Shown: one piece after another, positions 1 through 10,927 of the stretch
How positions within the stretch are numbered: position 1 is the stretch's first letter
Layout: each line of letters starts with the position of its first letter
Source of the DNA: Alloascoidea hylecoeti
Taxonomy: Eukaryota
Reading direction: 5' to 3'
Assembly (NCBI GenBank): GCA_001600815.1
Contig: BCKZ01000003.1
Coordinates: 1,227,474-1,291,473 of the forward strand
DNA length: 64,000 nucleotides
Notes under the pieces: model-generated
What the model was told of the DNA's origin: nothing
Database searches by the model: none
What the model saw: the letters and a program-made list of their open reading frames with translations, nothing else
Position numbers and translations under genes: made by a program

Positions 1-2
1 TT

Positions 3-2756
3 ATCACTAAGCAAATTTTGCCTCCATTAGCAAAACTATTAAGATCAAGAGATGAAGAGACACTAGTCGATAGAATTCCTTTGTCAGAAGCAATGTCTTA
101 TTTTGCGGCATCTTTATCTCCAGATATAATCACTAGTACGTTGCCAGGAATCTTAACCGATACTTGTCAAATTTTACGAAGTCGTTCTGATGTATTGCGT
201 AATGCTGTTAGAGCTTCATTGGCTAAGATTAGTCGTATTTTGGGTCCTACATATCTCCTTTTCATTCTAAAGGAATTAAAATCAGCTTTGAAAAGAGGAT
301 CACAAATTCATATACTAAGTTTCACGGTCCACTATATCCTGGTCGCCAGCAGTGAAAATATAAAACATGGTGATTTGGATCCATGTGCTGAAATCGTTGC
401 AGACATTATTATGAAGGATGCTTTTGGAGCAGCTGGTAAAGAGAAAGATGCAGAAGGATATCGAACTACGATGATTGAAGTTAGACAAAATAAGAGTTAT
501 GACACAGCTGAATTGATTGCGTCAAATGTTAGCATTTCAAAATTCAAAGTTTTATTTGAACCTATTAGATATATATTATTGGAAAGGTTATCACTTAAAA
601 CTGAAAGGAAAATTGATGAGATTATAAGGAGATACTCTTTAGGTCTATATCATAATGAGAACTCATCAAACATTGAAGTTTTGAAACTTTGTGATGAAAT
701 TTATAAGTCTTCAATAAAATCACCAGATGAAATTCAAAATAGGAGGAAAAAAGAGGTGGACGAGAACAAAGAACATTTCATAGTAAGATTGAATGCCAAA
801 GCTGAAAGAGTTGAACATTTAAAGGCTCAACAATTGCTGATTCTACAAAGGCTTGCCTTCGATATATTGAGATCGATATTATCAAGACACGTTGAATTAA
901 TTACAGAATCTAATATATCCACATTTATGCCATATCTTCATTCTAGTTTAAGAAGTGAAAATGAAAATGTTATAATTTCATCTCTTAAATTATTAACGCT
1001 CTTAGCAAAGAAGGCGCAATTCACGTATGACGGATTTGATGGTTCTTTGAAGGGTTGCTCAAGAGAGACAATTGTTCTTATTAAAGATTGTCCAACAACA
1101 ACTACAGAATTATCACAGAACTGCTTGAAATTTTTATCAACTATACTTCGACATCGTCCTTTAGTTGAAATAAAAGAAAACACAATTATATTTGTAATTG
1201 AGAAGATTAAACCAGATTTACAAGAAAAAGATCGTCAAGGTTTAGCATTTACATTCTTAAGAGCGGTGTTATCACGAAAATTTATCATTCCTGAAATTTA
1301 TAAAACAATGGAACCAGTTTCAGAAACAATGATTACAAGTCACACAAAAGAAATTCGTGATATGTCAAGAAGTGTTTATTTTCAATTTTTAAGAGAGTAC
1401 CCTCAATCATCTAGTCAACTTGAAAAACATTTTAGATTTTTAGTTTCGAATTTAGAATATCCTTCACAAACTGGTCGTGAATCAGTTATGGAATTATTAC
1501 ATTTATTTTTAGTTAAATATTCAGATGAAATGATTCTCAAGATGTCATCTTCTTTCTTTGTTGCATTGGCAAATGTTTCGGTTTGTGATGATGCTAGTAA
1601 ATGTCGAAAAATGGCTTCTAGTTTATTAACCACATTATTTAAACGAATGGGTAAACAAAATATGGGAGACATAGAAGAGATGTGTTCTGCTTGGATTGAT
1701 CAGAATTCAAATACCCTATTAACGAGATGTGGGCTTCAAGTTTACAAGATTTATGTTACAGAATTTGGAGTGAAAACAGATCAAAAATTAGATAAATTGG
1801 CTTTTCAAAGGATTACACATTGTCTTGATGAATCAAGAAGTAATTCTACAGCAGATGTCGAATGGGAAGTTTTGTATACTTGTTTAATTACTTTTGGTAA
1901 AATGGTTGAAGTTCTACAAGTAGAAGGTGTTGGTTCACAATTCAAAAATATTTGGGCCAATGTTATTGTCTGTTTACTGTATCCACATAGTTGGGTTCGT
2001 TCAGCGGCAAGTAAACTTGTTGGAGTGTTATTACTACATATTGATGAAGCTTTTAAAACTATAGACCTGGAAAATGCTGATATTCAAACAATTGCAAATA
2101 GATCATTAAGACAGCTTAATGCTCCTAATATTTCTGAAGATCTTGAAACACAAATAGTTAAGAATTTAATAATTATTATAACGTATTGGGAAGAAAAGAA
2201 AATCAGTTTTGATACTAATTTTGAAATTGATAATGAACAACCAATGGAAAAATCTGGAGGTGTTAAATTTGATTGTGCCACAGATTGGCTTATATCAAGA
2301 TTGTGTGGTATGATGAGACAAGAAGTTAATCTTGAAGAATTCTTTTTTACTAAAAAAGGATCGATTCAATTGATTGCCATGATTGCACAAATTCTTGATA
2401 AACCTAGATTAATGAGTAATGCTGAATTAATTATTTTGGCATTATACAATTTCACGGAAGATACATATCCTGAAGGTACAAAGGAGAATGAATTAAAAGA
2501 GCTTTGCGATGAATGTTTAGTGAAGATTCAAGAAAATTTAGAAACAAGTGAATTCTTGAATGCCTATAGTAAAGTGAAACAACAAGTTAATGATAGACGA
2601 CAAGAACGAAAAAGTAAGAGAGCGAGATTAGCTGTTGAAGCTCCTGATGTCATCGCCCGAAGGAAATTGAGGAAACACGAGAGACATAGAGAAAAACGAA
2701 AACATGAGAAGGATGAGAATGGCTATTATAGAAGTAAGAAGGTTAAGCCATTTTAA
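3..2756 (+). CDS. UTP20: U3 snoRNP/SSU processome HEAT-repeat protein Utp20, C-terminal part (5'-partial)
   Basis: Frame is open to the window edge (ITKQILPPL...). Utp20-like motifs ILKELKSALKRGSQIHILSFTVH, NLEYPSQTGRESVMEL and LLYPHSWVR; basic tail RRQERKSKRARLAVEAPDVIARRKLRKHERHREKRK. Confidence 0.9.
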   Translation: MTKQILPPLAKLLRSRDEETLVDRIPLSEAMSYFAASLSPDIITSTLPGILTDTCQILRSRSDVLRNAVRASLAKISRILGPTYLLFILKELKSALKRGSQIHILSFTVHYILVASSENIKHGDLDPCAEIVADIIMKDAFGAAGKEKDAEGYRTTMIEVRQNKSYDTAELIASNVSISKFKVLFEPIRYILLERLSLKTERKIDEIIRRYSLGLYHNENSSNIEVLKLCDEIYKSSIKSPDEIQNRRKKEVDENKEHFIVRLNAKAERVEHLKAQQLLILQRLAFDILRSILSRHVELITESNISTFMPYLHSSLRSENENVIISSLKLLTLLAKKAQFTYDGFDGSLKGCSRETIVLIKDCPTTTTELSQNCLKFLSTILRHRPLVEIKENTIIFVIEKIKPDLQEKDRQGLAFTFLRAVLSRKFIIPEIYKTMEPVSETMITSHTKEIRDMSRSVYFQFLREYPQSSSQLEKHFRFLVSNLEYPSQTGRESVMELLHLFLVKYSDEMILKMSSSFFVALANVSVCDDASKCRKMASSLLTTLFKRMGKQNMGDIEEMCSAWIDQNSNTLLTRCGLQVYKIYVTEFGVKTDQKLDKLAFQRITHCLDESRSNSTADVEWEVLYTCLITFGKMVEVLQVEGVGSQFKNIWANVIVCLLYPHSWVRSAASKLVGVLLLHIDEAFKTIDLENADIQTIANRSLRQLNAPNISEDLETQIVKNLIIIITYWEEKKISFDTNFEIDNEQPMEKSGGVKFDCATDWLISRLCGMMRQEVNLEEFFFTKKGSIQLIAMIAQILDKPRLMSNAELIILALYNFTEDTYPEGTKENELKELCDECLVKIQENLETSEFLNAYSKVKQQVNDRRQERKSKRARLAVEAPDVIARRKLRKHERHREKRKHEKDENGYYRSKKVKPF

Positions 2757-3188
2757 AATTGTATTTATATAGCATTTAATGTGTTAATATGTCACCTAAA
2801 ATAATATTATAAAGTATAGCGATATGTTATGCAATAATTATAAGATCAACTAAATATTACTTTAAATTTTGATATAAAAGTGTTCCTATTTATAGCTAGA
2901 CTCTTTCATAAATCTGAAGCATATCTTGAGCATAAAGAGAATTGATATCAAATGAAATGTGAAATCATGTTTTCCTCCATCTGGGAACTTTAAACCCCCA
3001 TATATTGTAATCTGCTGAATGAAACGGTCACATTTATCGTACTTATAATTAGCTAGTATATGAATTTTTGTAATGAGCGCTTTGTTTTAGCTTTTAAGTT
3101 GATAGATATATAATAAAAAAAAATGGAATAAGTAGGTGAAATGATAAAAATGGGATGTTTTAATTTATTTATAATATATTCCTTCAAC

Positions 3189-4124
3189 TTAGACCTCCAT
3201 TGTTTGACTTTTCTCAAGTATCTGTTCTTCGTTTTCTTCATCAGAGTCATCCTCTAGTCTCAATCCGCCCCTAGAATGGTGGAATAATTCATGAATATAC
3301 CATCCCATAAATCCAGTGACAAACAAAACAGCCGTAATACAAAAAGAAATTTTACATGTAGGATCTTGAAAACCAAATTTCTGTTGCGTTTTAACCGACG
3401 GTAATACAACATCAATAGTTATGGGTACAGTTTTTGGTTTAACTTTCTTCTCTTCTTCATTCTCATTTAATGGAATTTCATAAGCCAACCCATCAATTAA
3501 GATAATCCTATCTATTAAACCGGATGTCTTATTATTAAATAATTGAGCAGTGAGTTTAATATCACAATAAATATCCGTTGACTTTGTAATCGAGGATCCT
3601 ATTGTTCCTTCATCAGAGAAGCGAAGGCCATGGTTATGACCATCATCATATGTATCCTCCTTAGATTCAGTCTTAGATTCAGTCTTAGATTCAGTATTTT
3701 TGTGTGTATTTTTTTGTTCTTGAGAATTTGATAGTATGCCTGCGTATGAGACAATCCTCCCACTGTCAACAGGAACTAATTGTAAAAACACTTCATTGTT
3801 GTCGGCTTTTCTAGTCAAAGTTGAGGAAATATCATACTTGAAGTAAATGGAAGTGACTGCCTGTGCAATTTTTTCTTCTTGGAAACCCCAAATAGTTTCC
3901 AATCTCACCAAGGAGACAATCAACTCTTCCTTGGGTTTATCTTGGGACCCATGCCTATGTTGCAACTTTAATGTAGTCTGACACTCTGAGTGTTCTTCTT
4001 GGAGTCCATTCTGAGTTGGAGATAGAGTAGACAATTCTATAGACTTCTGCCCTTTTAGATGAATAGTTTGTGCCAAAAGGCATGTTGTGAACAACGATTG
4101 TAACAGTATCAATGGTGTTTTCAT
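3189..4124 (-). CDS. Hypothetical type-I membrane protein (~311 aa; signal peptide plus C-terminal TM helix)
   Basis: ATG at 4124 gives signal-like MKTPLILLQSLFTTCLLA; TM segment ISFCITAVLFVTGFMGWYI followed by an acidic tail. The ORF-track extension to 4361 overlaps APL3 and is probably not translated. Confidence 0.6.
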   Translation of the reverse strand: MKTPLILLQSLFTTCLLAQTIHLKGQKSIELSTLSPTQNGLQEEHSECQTTLKLQHRHGSQDKPKEELIVSLVRLETIWGFQEEKIAQAVTSIYFKYDISSTLTRKADNNEVFLQLVPVDSGRIVSYAGILSNSQEQKNTHKNTESKTESKTESKEDTYDDGHNHGLRFSDEGTIGSSITKSTDIYCDIKLTAQLFNNKTSGLIDRIILIDGLAYEIPLNENEEEKKVKPKTVPITIDVVLPSVKTQQKFGFQDPTCKISFCITAVLFVTGFMGWYIHELFHHSRGGLRLEDDSDEENEEQILEKSQTMEV

Positions 4125-4263
4125 TAAACTGCCTGGACCCTGGACCAAGATAGTTGACATGTCGTGTGAATATCCGGGTAATTCTACATCTCCTTCCATT
4201 TGACATTCTGGATGTTTTGGCACCTGAGTTCCGACCTTTTCCTCCTCTTCAAGTGTGGACAAA

Positions 4264-7197
4264 ATGGGTGCTCCTATGAAAGGCCTTGTCCAATTTATTG
4301 CAGATATTAGAAATGCTCGTGAAAGAGAGGCAGAATCCAAAAGAATTAATCTAGAACTCATAAATATTCAGAAACAATTTGCCAACCCTCACTTAAATGG
4401 ATATCAAAAGAAAAAATACATCTGCAAATTACTATATATTTATATCTTGGGTCATCCTGTTGAATTTGGACATGTGGAAGCTATAAATCTGATTTCCTCG
4501 AATGTTATGACTGAAAAACAAATTGGTTACCTAGCAGTTGGACTGCTATTAAATGAAAACCATGAACTTACACCATTAGTCGTGAATTCTATAAAAAAAG
4601 ATCTTGATGCCCCTAATGATGAATACAACTGTTTAGCACTACAATGTATTGCAAGTATTGGTGGTAAATTGATGGGCCAAGTCTTTGCCGAAGAGGTATT
4701 TGTTCTACTTAAATCTCCAACATCTCAGCCTTTAATTCGAAAAAAAGCTGCACTAGCTCTATTAAAACTTTATAGAGGAGATCCAACAATATTAAAGAAA
4801 CACTGGATTGATAGGATAATTTCATGTATTGACGATCCGGAGATTGGCGTTGCAATTTCAGCTGCTTCATTAGTTACTGCCATTGCCGAGAACGACACTT
4901 CTGATTGTCAAATGTGTTATCCCATAACCGTCAGAAAACTAGGCAAAATAATTAATGATAACAATGTGCCAGAAGATTACTTTTATTATAATGTTCCGGC
5001 TCCATGGTTACAAGTTAAACTATTCCGCCTTTTACAATACTTTGATCCAACAAGTGATCAAAATATAACATACTTATTACAACAAATTATAACAACATCT
5101 ATCGATAAAAACTCAATACCCGCTAAAAACGTACAACAAAATAATTCCCAAAATTCAATTTTATTTGAAGTTATCAACCTTGCTATTCATTTGGATTTAG
5201 ATGTCACTATAATTGATAAAATTGTTAAATCATTAGCAACATTTGCAAGCTCCCTAGAAACTAATTCCAGATATTTGGCACTTGATGCTTTATCCCATGT
5301 CTCCACTCAATATGGAAAACTTGTATCAATAAAAGAATATTTACCAAATGTCATGAAATTACTTCGTGATAGAGATATATCAGTTCGTCGTAAAGCATTA
5401 GATTTGGTCTATAGTTGCTGTGATAATTCAAATATTGAATCAATTACATCTGAACTTTTGAAATACCTACAAAATGCAGACTTTGCCATAAGAGAGGAAG
5501 TTGTTGTTAAGATTGCCGTATTGGCTGAAAGATATGCAAATGAATATAACTGGTATGTAAACACAATCCTTAAATTAATTGCCGTTGCGGGTAATTATGT
5601 TAGCGATGATGTTTGGGAGCGTGTTGTACAGATTGTTGTTAATAATGAAAATCTACAACCATATGCATCAAAAACTGTTTTACAATATTTAAAAGCCCCT
5701 AGTTGTCATGAAATAATGGTGAAAGTTGGGGCTTACGTATTAGGTGAATATGGGCATTTGATTATTGAAAATGAAGGTGCTTCTCCATTAGATCAATTTA
5801 TTGCATTACATGATAAATTCCCATTTTGTGCAGTTTCAACAAAGGCAATGCTATTATCAACTTATCTCAAATTTGTTAATCTATTTCCAGAAATTAAACC
5901 TCAATTAGTGGATGTTTTTGAAGATTTAATGAGATCATCAGATTCCGAGATTCAACAGAGAGCATGTGAATATTTGAAATTATCAACAATGGATGATGAT
6001 GAACTATTAGCATTAATTTGTGATGAGATTCCGCCTTTCCCTCAAAGATCATCATCGTTAATTGTTAAACTAGAACGATCTCAGACAATGGTCTCTAGTA
6101 AGAATTTGAAATCAAAAATGACAAGACAAGCCTCCACCATGTCTGCTATAAGAGCAGCCAGTGCATCAGCAGCGAAAACACGACAAAATCCACCCCCAAC
6201 TACAGCTACAGGTACCCGTGGATCACCAATGGCACCATTACCTCCACAACAGTCAGCTTCTAGGCAGGTTACACCTTCAACCAATGGAAACTCAAGTTTG
6301 TTCGCTAATCAAAATAATAGCCGTATGTCTATTGTTGATACAACACCAGTCTCCGAAACAAGACCAAGAGCTGTTTCAACTGCAGGATTATTATCTGATT
6401 TTGATTTCAACTTTGCAGAAGCAGATGAAGTAGAAGAAAATAATGCATTTTCCGAATCGTTACTTACACCAAATTGGGATATTGGTTATTACCGATTATT
6501 ACATTTTAAGCAAGGTATATTTTTTGAAAATTCCTTAATAAAATTGGTTTATCGTTCTCAATTAGACAAAGATTCACTACTTGTTACAATATATTATGTT
6601 AATAAATCCCCATCAAATTTTACATCTTTCTATGCAAATGTAAGTATTCCACCAATTGATGAGAAATCTCTCGGTCTTTCAACAGAAGGTGTACCAGAAA
6701 GTGAAATTATACCAGGAGGAAGAACATTTCATGTCATTCGCATTAATGCAACTTCCATTTTTGGAGAATCACCGTGGTTAAAAATTACATTTATTTCAGG
6801 AACATTAAACACTATTAATTTAAAACTTCCTATAATGTTATCTAAATATTTATCACCGACACCTATTGATGCTAGTAGTTTCTTTAAAAGATGGAATCAA
6901 ATTGGGGGTGCACCAAGAGAAGTTCAACAGATCTTTAGACCTAAAAAATTAACCACAACGGTAATGAATCAACGCCTTGTTGAAGTACTAGGATGGCATA
7001 TTTGTCCTGATGTCGATAAGAGCCCTAATAATATAGTAGCAGCAGGCATCATACATACAAGCTCTGGGAACTATGGTTGTTTATTGAGATTAGAACCGAA
7101 TGAAAATAACGATATATATAGACTTTCGGTGAGGGCTACGAATGAACGGGTTGCACCGTTGTTGGTGAAGACACTAGTTGACTTATTTGAACATTAA
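4264..7197 (+). CDS. APL3: AP-2 adaptor complex alpha subunit
   Basis: MKGLVQFIADIRNAR...GYQKKKYICKLLYIYILG N-terminus, adaptin trunk, hinge and C-terminal appendage (FFKRWNQIGGAPREVQ, GCLLRLEPN). First ATG at 4264. Confidence 0.95.
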   Translation: MGAPMKGLVQFIADIRNAREREAESKRINLELINIQKQFANPHLNGYQKKKYICKLLYIYILGHPVEFGHVEAINLISSNVMTEKQIGYLAVGLLLNENHELTPLVVNSIKKDLDAPNDEYNCLALQCIASIGGKLMGQVFAEEVFVLLKSPTSQPLIRKKAALALLKLYRGDPTILKKHWIDRIISCIDDPEIGVAISAASLVTAIAENDTSDCQMCYPITVRKLGKIINDNNVPEDYFYYNVPAPWLQVKLFRLLQYFDPTSDQNITYLLQQIITTSIDKNSIPAKNVQQNNSQNSILFEVINLAIHLDLDVTIIDKIVKSLATFASSLETNSRYLALDALSHVSTQYGKLVSIKEYLPNVMKLLRDRDISVRRKALDLVYSCCDNSNIESITSELLKYLQNADFAIREEVVVKIAVLAERYANEYNWYVNTILKLIAVAGNYVSDDVWERVVQIVVNNENLQPYASKTVLQYLKAPSCHEIMVKVGAYVLGEYGHLIIENEGASPLDQFIALHDKFPFCAVSTKAMLLSTYLKFVNLFPEIKPQLVDVFEDLMRSSDSEIQQRACEYLKLSTMDDDELLALICDEIPPFPQRSSSLIVKLERSQTMVSSKNLKSKMTRQASTMSAIRAASASAAKTRQNPPPTTATGTRGSPMAPLPPQQSASRQVTPSTNGNSSLFANQNNSRMSIVDTTPVSETRPRAVSTAGLLSDFDFNFAEADEVEENNAFSESLLTPNWDIGYYRLLHFKQGIFFENSLIKLVYRSQLDKDSLLVTIYYVNKSPSNFTSFYANVSIPPIDEKSLGLSTEGVPESEIIPGGRTFHVIRINATSIFGESPWLKITFISGTLNTINLKLPIMLSKYLSPTPIDASSFFKRWNQIGGAPREVQQIFRPKKLTTTVMNQRLVEVLGWHICPDVDKSPNNIVAAGIIHTSSGNYGCLLRLEPNENNDIYRLSVRATNERVAPLLVKTLVDLFEH

Positions 7198-7502
7198 AAC
7201 AAGTATAAACATATTCTACATTTATGATCATTTCGAGTTAAGTATTCTAACTATAAAAGTAATTTTAACTATTATTGTTAATATTGTGTAAATGAACAAT
7301 GAAAGAGTAGAAGAGGCCATGATGACATGTACAGTTCTGTGTAAATTGCAGCACTCTCAGTGGAGATAGAGATCCGGATTCTTAATAAGGATAAGCAAGT
7401 TGCAACTGCATAAAAGGTCGAATTCTTTGTTACCCATCTTTTCTCTTCTCCCTTCTTCCACTTGTTTTTGCCATTGTCATCATCTTCAGCAATTGATTGA
7501 CA

Positions 7503-9674
7503 ATGTCTGCTTCCGATTTCAAGGCTCTGAATTTATCAAATGCCCATCCGGATCTTGTGGTTAAGATTACTGTGTCCCCCGACGATAGGGGTAAGTTGCT
7601 AGAACAGGATATAAAAAACCTCGTTTCTCTTGTTGAGGCTTTGGAACGTGAGGAATTATATTGTCAAATTCGTCATGGTGTTGGGAATTCCCTTTTGGTG
7701 TTTGTCAAGTGCAGTAAACAACGTTTTTCCAATGCCTTCAAACTTGCAGAACAAAAGGATTGGTTGCATGGCATTAGCACAGACCTCATGTCTCAAGACT
7801 CGAATGAATTCGAAGTTTCTGAAGCTGATAGATTGAGAATTATTCACTCCTTACTAGTTTCTCCGGTTTATGAAGGTGGCGCTGGTATCACACCTGGTCT
7901 AGGTAAATGGTCTTTTATTGACTCCATATTCCCATTACATGATACAAAGTTAAACAAAGCTTGGATTAAAAAACTTTCAAAAAAGAAATTCTTAAGTTCT
8001 ACTGATTTAGATCAATTAAAAGATTTATGGGGTGAAAAAGTTGCTTTATATTTTGCTTTTATTCAATATTATATCTTTTGGTTGTTGGCTTCTTCGTTAA
8101 TCGGTATATTTGCCAATTATGCTCTGGGTCAATTCTCAGTTGTATTTGGGTTGTTTAATTTAGTCTGGGGTGTTCTTTATGTTCAATTTTGGAAAGCTAA
8201 AGAGACTGCTTTAGCTCATAGATGGGGTGTTAATGGAAGTTCTGCTTTAGAAGTTAAACGCTCGGAATTTCAAAGCGAATCTGAGATCAAAGATCCTATC
8301 ACTTTTAAACAGGTCCCATATTCTTCTATAGTTAAACGATCCTTAAAAATCGCTGTCACTGTTCCAATTGCAATTACAATTGCATCTGTTTTGATGGGTG
8401 GACAGTTGGCTATTTTTTCCCTTGAAATTTTCATCAAGGAAGTTTACAATGGTCCTTTAAAGCCAATAGTTGCCCTAATTCCCACAATTGCTTTAACTGT
8501 TGTTGTTCAAGTTATTACAATTGTTTATGGTTTAATTAATAAGCGTCTTACTGCTTGGGAAAATCATGAAACTACAAATAGTCTCCAAATCATATCAAAC
8601 GAAAAGACATTTGTATTAAGCTTCTTAACTTCTTATATGGCTTTATTGATTACTTCCTTCCTTTATTTACCATTTTCTCACTTAATTGCCCCACATATGG
8701 AATATATTGGTACTTCAGCCCAACAATATCTTGGAACATATGCCCAAACCTCAACTAAATTTATTGTAAACACCGCAAGATTGCGTACTCAATTCATTTA
8801 TTTTATGGTTACTAATCAAATCATCCAATTTGCACTTGAAACTATTGTTCCCAAAGTCAAACGTTTTGTAATTACTAAAATTAGAGAATATACAAATGGG
8901 GTTCAAGTTTTCCATGATGCTGAATACGAATCTGAATTTTTACAAGAAGTTAGACTTCAGGCTGAATTACCCGAATATGATGTTCATGAAGATTATAGAC
9001 AAACAGTTGTTCAATATGGATACCTTGCTTTATTCGCACCTGTTTGGCCATTATGTCATCTCATGGCATTAATCAACAATTGGGTTGAAATACGTGGTGA
9101 TGCAACTGATATTTCTCTTGATTATAAGAGACCAATTCCTGAAAGAGTTGAATCAAGTGAACCATGGACTGGCAATTTGAGTTTTCTAACTTGGTTGGGT
9201 AGTGTCATCTCTGCTTGTATTACAGCTATGTTTTATCATTTACCTGGCACTCAGCTTGCTGAATCCTATGAAGTTGATGCAAAAAGTGCCTACTCTTTAG
9301 TTAAAATTGCACCATGGCGATTATTATTTTTTGTCTTGGCCAGTGAACACATTTATTTCTTAGTTAGCCATGTTGCCAAATTCTTATTAAAGAAACTTCC
9401 TTCATCTGAAGAGAATAACTCTAAACGTACAGGTTATGTTGTAAGAGAAAATTATTTGCAACAAGTTTTACAACAAGATTCTAGTAGTATTGGTGGAAAT
9501 TTAATTGAGAAGAGAGCACTTGCCGATGTTGAAGAAGATGAAAAAGTTGCTAGAATTAATGATGAACAACCATGGGGTCAAACTAATGTTCAATTATTAG
9601 CCGATGAGCTTCATGAATTTAAAATTCAATACAATAAAAATGGGAATGAAATTGTAGAAAAGAAGGAGCTTTAA
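7503..9674 (+). CDS. IST2: Anoctamin/TMEM16 family membrane protein (Ist2 homolog)
   Basis: LWGEKVALYFAF, LTAWENH, FALETIVP, LINNWVEIRGD and PW..NLSFLTWLGS motifs; about 10 TM segments. Confidence 0.85.
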   Translation: MSASDFKALNLSNAHPDLVVKITVSPDDRGKLLEQDIKNLVSLVEALEREELYCQIRHGVGNSLLVFVKCSKQRFSNAFKLAEQKDWLHGISTDLMSQDSNEFEVSEADRLRIIHSLLVSPVYEGGAGITPGLGKWSFIDSIFPLHDTKLNKAWIKKLSKKKFLSSTDLDQLKDLWGEKVALYFAFIQYYIFWLLASSLIGIFANYALGQFSVVFGLFNLVWGVLYVQFWKAKETALAHRWGVNGSSALEVKRSEFQSESEIKDPITFKQVPYSSIVKRSLKIAVTVPIAITIASVLMGGQLAIFSLEIFIKEVYNGPLKPIVALIPTIALTVVVQVITIVYGLINKRLTAWENHETTNSLQIISNEKTFVLSFLTSYMALLITSFLYLPFSHLIAPHMEYIGTSAQQYLGTYAQTSTKFIVNTARLRTQFIYFMVTNQIIQFALETIVPKVKRFVITKIREYTNGVQVFHDAEYESEFLQEVRLQAELPEYDVHEDYRQTVVQYGYLALFAPVWPLCHLMALINNWVEIRGDATDISLDYKRPIPERVESSEPWTGNLSFLTWLGSVISACITAMFYHLPGTQLAESYEVDAKSAYSLVKIAPWRLLFFVLASEHIYFLVSHVAKFLLKKLPSSEENNSKRTGYVVRENYLQQVLQQDSSSIGGNLIEKRALADVEEDEKVARINDEQPWGQTNVQLLADELHEFKIQYNKNGNEIVEKKEL

Positions 9675-9813
9675 GTTACGATAAACTTAGTTGTTACAAC
9701 ATGACCTAATTATATAACATAAATATTAATGATATATTTACTATCCAATAAAAGTATATTTTTAAATAAAGTAAAATGATGAAAATAAACGGTTTATGTA
9801 ATTGAGCATTGAT

Positions 9814-10791
9814 TTATTCAGCAGCAGTTTCAACAGCAACAGTTTTATTTTCAACAGCAGTTGTATTATTTTCTTGTTCCTGTTTTTTTTCTTCATTTCT
9901 TGGTTTTCTATCAGTTCGTTGACGTTTGTTACGGAAATTGTTACCTCTTTGATTTCTTCCTCCTCTTTTATTATTATCACGTTTGTTACCATTACCTTGA
10001 TGATCCATTTCTTTAAAAGCATTAAATTGTCTAGGTCTTTTATAATTACCATTGCTATTTCCAAATTTGTGTTCAGCAGTTTTCATTTCAACATAAGCTG
10101 GTTTACTCATAATTAATAATTCAGTTTCATTGTATTTTGGTTTTGGATCTAATTCTAAAAATTTTGTAGCATCTTCTTTTTTAGAAAATTCAACAAAGAC
10201 ACTTGATTTAAATTTTTTATTATTTTCATTATCTCGTCGTAATCTAACTTGATTAATTTTTCCATATTGTTCAAAATATTTTTCAATATCAACTTGGGAA
10301 GTTTCAGTTTCTTCACCAAATCCTTTTGCATAAATACTTCGTTGAAAAGCACTTTGAGTTTCTTCCTTCTTTGGAGCAATTAATGGTTCTTTACGACGAA
10401 CCAATTCACCATCATCACTAACTTCAAGTAGTTTTTCACTTTCTTTTAAAGCTTCAATGACAATTTCAAGTGGTCTATATTTTCTCATACGTTTAAAAGA
10501 AGCAATAACGGCAATTGGAACCCAACCATCATTAGCTTGACTTGTTTTCCATAAAAATTTATCAGTTGGATAATTTTGATCTGAAAAGTAAAACTCAACT
10601 TGTTTTAAAATTTGAGCTTTGGCAGCTGCTTTTTCTTCTGGTGAATCTAGTTTAATTGAAGATGGTTGGACCAGTTCCTTTTCAGATGTTTCTGTTTCTG
10701 TTGGTTTAACGGCTTCAACTGCCACAGAATCGGATGTTGTTTCTGGGACAGTTTTAACCTCTGAAGTGGTTTGTTCCTTTTGTTCTGACAT
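9814..10791 (-). CDS. LHP1: La RNA-binding protein
   Basis: La motif QVEFYFSDQNYPTDKFL...GWVPIAVIASFKRM, RRM (RSIYAKGF, FKSSVFVEF), basic tail. Confidence 0.95.
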   Translation of the reverse strand: MSEQKEQTTSEVKTVPETTSDSVAVEAVKPTETETSEKELVQPSSIKLDSPEEKAAAKAQILKQVEFYFSDQNYPTDKFLWKTSQANDGWVPIAVIASFKRMRKYRPLEIVIEALKESEKLLEVSDDGELVRRKEPLIAPKKEETQSAFQRSIYAKGFGEETETSQVDIEKYFEQYGKINQVRLRRDNENNKKFKSSVFVEFSKKEDATKFLELDPKPKYNETELLIMSKPAYVEMKTAEHKFGNSNGNYKRPRQFNAFKEMDHQGNGNKRDNNKRGGRNQRGNNFRNKRQRTDRKPRNEEKKQEQENNTTAVENKTVAVETAAE

Positions 10792-10827
10792 GTTATTAAA
10801 GATATATAATTTAGAATTACAAATTCT

Positions 10828-10862
10828 TAGAAAAATTGGATGAGTCTGGAAAAAAAAATTCT
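10828..10862. promoter_or_regulatory. PAC-like (GATGAG) and RRPE-like (GAAAAATT) motifs upstream of LHP1
   Basis: gaaaaatt-ggatgag-tctg-gaaaaaaaaatt lies 40-70 bp upstream of a ribosome-biogenesis-type gene. Confidence 0.4.
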
Positions 10863-10927
10863 GCCCAAGCAGTTTGAGAAGACAACCTTACACCTGTGAC
10901 ATAGTTAGTGACTAAGCTATATCATAG

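Noticed and set aside
4125..4361. N-terminal extension of the 390-aa ORF overlapping APL3
   Set aside because: Non-ATG start antisense to conserved APL3 codons; the ATG at 4124 gives a proper signal peptide.
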